Under the pieces are notes generated by a model, which was not told the DNA's origin, did not search any database, and saw only the letters and a program-made list of their open reading frames with translations. This document shows, piece by piece, positions 62,266 to 64,000 of a DNA stretch of 64,000 nucleotides. This DNA is from a bacterium. Its GTDB lineage: Bacteria; Myxococcota_A; Bradymonadia; UBA7976; UBA1532. Both the position numbers and the translations under genes were made by a program. Numbering within the stretch: the first letter of the stretch is position 1; every line of letters begins with the position of its first letter. The stretch covers positions 2,425 through 66,424 of the forward strand of contig JAUHYW010000012.1 in the NCBI GenBank assembly GCA_030426085.1. The letters run 5' to 3'.

Positions 62266-63219
62266 ATGGCTGTGCTCCTCCACCCGGTGAGCGGCCGCCG
62301 CTTCACCCTGGCCGCGCGCACCCTCGTGGGGCGCTCGGTGGCCTGCACCCTGTCGCTGAAGAACCCCCGGGTCTCGGGGGAGCACGCCGCGCTGTTCTAC
62401 GGCGGCGGGGTCTGGAGCCTGCGCGACCTCGGCAGCCGCAACGGCACCCGGCTCGACGGACGCGCCCTGCGCATCGGCGAGCGGCGGGCGGTCGAGGTGG
62501 GGGCCGAGCTGCTCTTCGCCGACGAGCGGTGGGTGCTCGACGACGACGGCCCCCCGGTGGCCACCGGTCGGTCGGCCGACGGCCGGCGCTGCCGGGCCGA
62601 GGACGGCATCCTCGCCCTGCCCGGCCCCGATGACCCCGAGCTGCTGGTCTATCCCGCCGCCGAGGGCCGGTGGGTCGTCGAGCGGGGGCACTCGCTGCAC
62701 TTCGCCGCCGACGGGGACGTCTTCGATCTGCCCGGCGGGCGGTGGACCCTCGAGCTGCCCTTGATCACCGACGGGGGCGGCACCGCCCACACGCTCGAGG
62801 ACGACGAGCTGCTCCGGTTCGACATGATCGAGCGGCTGCACGTCGCCCTGAGCCGCGACGGGGAGACGGTGGAGGTGACGGTCTTCGTCGGCGGGCGGGC
62901 GCTCCTGCTCGCCCACCGGGCGCACCACTGCATCATCGCCGCGCTCGCCCGGGTCGCCGTCGCCGACATCGACGCCCGGCTGCCCCCGGCCGAGCAGGGG
63001 TGGATGTGCCTCGACCGCCTCAGCCGGGAGACCGGCATCGGGCAGGAGCGGATGTACGTGGAGGTCTACCGGGCCCGCAAGCAGCTCGGCGGGGCCGGGG
63101 TGGAGGGGGCCGGCGGGCTCTTCGAGCGGCGCTCGCACGCCCGCCAGATCCGGCTCGGGGTGCGGGCCGTCACCCTCGGCGCCCTGCGGGACACCGCCGA
63201 GGGCGACGTCGCCGCGTGA
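62266..63219 (+). CDS. FHA-domain protein with a putative C-terminal DNA-binding domain
   Basis: VGRS, VSGEHA and LRDLGSRNGT (FHA); C-terminal MYVEVYRARKQL; GGAGG RBS. Confidence 0.87.
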   Translation: MAVLLHPVSGRRFTLAARTLVGRSVACTLSLKNPRVSGEHAALFYGGGVWSLRDLGSRNGTRLDGRALRIGERRAVEVGAELLFADERWVLDDDGPPVATGRSADGRRCRAEDGILALPGPDDPELLVYPAAEGRWVVERGHSLHFAADGDVFDLPGGRWTLELPLITDGGGTAHTLEDDELLRFDMIERLHVALSRDGETVEVTVFVGGRALLLAHRAHHCIIAALARVAVADIDARLPPAEQGWMCLDRLSRETGIGQERMYVEVYRARKQLGGAGVEGAGGLFERRSHARQIRLGVRAVTLGALRDTAEGDVAA

Positions 63220-63251
63220 ACACAAAGATAGGTAGCCTCTTATTGTGTTCA
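63217..63251. promoter_or_regulatory. Palindromic candidate operator upstream of the TetR gene
   Basis: TGAACACAA-N17-TTGTGTTCA in an AT-rich patch, followed by TTGACG. Confidence 0.6.
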
Positions 63252-63293
63252 TAAGCGCTTGACGCGGCCGTGAACGCCCGGCACCCTGGCGCC

Positions 63294-64000
63294 ATGGATG
63301 CGCAAGACGATCCCATCCTCGAGGCGGCCTGGGCCCTGCTGCGCGCGCAGGGGCACTTCACCATGGCCGCGGTGGCCCGGCGGGCCGGCGTCTCCCGGGG
63401 CACGGTCTATCGGCGCTACGCCGATCGGGATCGACTGCTGGCCCGGCTGGCCGAGGTCCGCGGGGCGCCGGTCGCGGTGCAGGGCCCTCGCGAGCGGGCG
63501 CTCGACGCGGTGGGCGCGCTGCTCGACGAGGGCGGGCCGGCGGCGCTCTCGGTCGAGGCCGTCGCCCGCCGGGCGGGCCTGGGGCCGGCGACGATCTACC
63601 GTCACTTCGACGGCCGCGACGGCCTGCTGGCGGCCTTCGTCGACGAGCGCAGCCCCCGGCGGCTGGTGGCCGCCCTCGACGCCAGCCCGGGGGACGACGT
63701 CGAGGGCGACCTGTCCCGGCTGGCCGAGGCCGGGCTGCGCTTCACCCGGGCCCAGCCGGGGCTGGTGCGGTTGATGCTGACCGAGGGCGGGGGGGCCATC
63801 CGCCGGGCGGCGCAGGGCAGCCGGCGCTTGCAGCACGCGCTGACCGACTACTTCGAGCGGCAGGTCGCCAGCGGCCGGCTGGTGGGTGATCCCGACACCC
63901 TGGCGGTGGCCTTCGTGGGCATGATCCTGACGATCGGGGGGGAGAGCCGCGCCGAGCCGACCGAGGCGGCGGCCCTCATCGCTCGGATGTTCGCCCGCGG
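63294..64000 (+). CDS. TetR-family regulator with two tandem HTH domains; runs off the window edge
   Basis: From ATG 63294: ILEAA...TMAAVARRAGVSRGTVYRRY, then a second HTH, LSVEAVARRAGLGPATIYRHF; no stop before 64000. Confidence 0.9.
   Translation, partial: MDAQDDPILEAAWALLRAQGHFTMAAVARRAGVSRGTVYRRYADRDRLLARLAEVRGAPVAVQGPRERALDAVGALLDEGGPAALSVEAVARRAGLGPATIYRHFDGRDGLLAAFVDERSPRRLVAALDASPGDDVEGDLSRLAEAGLRFTRAQPGLVRLMLTEGGGAIRRAAQGSRRLQHALTDYFERQVASGRLVGDPDTLAVAFVGMILTIGGESRAEPTEAAALIARMFAR

Overview
A very GC-rich bacterial chromosomal window, most consistent with a myxobacterium-like organism (Myxococcota). This is inferred from a MYXO-CTERM-like tail, four Ser/Thr kinases, PEGA, FHA and Kelch proteins, and a DUF1592/DUF1552 pair. 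Housekeeping genes are hrcA-grpE-dnaK (dnaK cut by the left edge), iscS-like/thiI, cinA-ligT-like-recA, asnS and gcvP. Accessory modules lie between them: (1) a Cache/HAMP class III cyclase with Glu at the purine-specificity site; (2) a coupled APH-like kinase and CysC-like kinase followed by a 129-bp tandem array; (3) a kinase-flanked ECF sigma factor; (4) an ATP-grasp/esterase/ATP-grasp operon; (5) a lower-GC RloA/RloB (AbiL-like) cassette; (6) a collagen-stalked lipoprotein PhoX coupled to a two-CxxCH lipoprotein; (7) an SMP-30-like/DUF1592(cyt c + inserted CBM48)/DUF1552 operon; (8) a RAYT-like Y1 transposase with flanking hairpins and a 43-bp duplication; (9) a double-HTH TetR with a palindromic candidate operator. 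No rRNA, tRNA or CRISPR array was seen. Most long ORFs in the supplied track are GC-driven shadow frames. All family calls come from motif recognition by eye; no database search was run.
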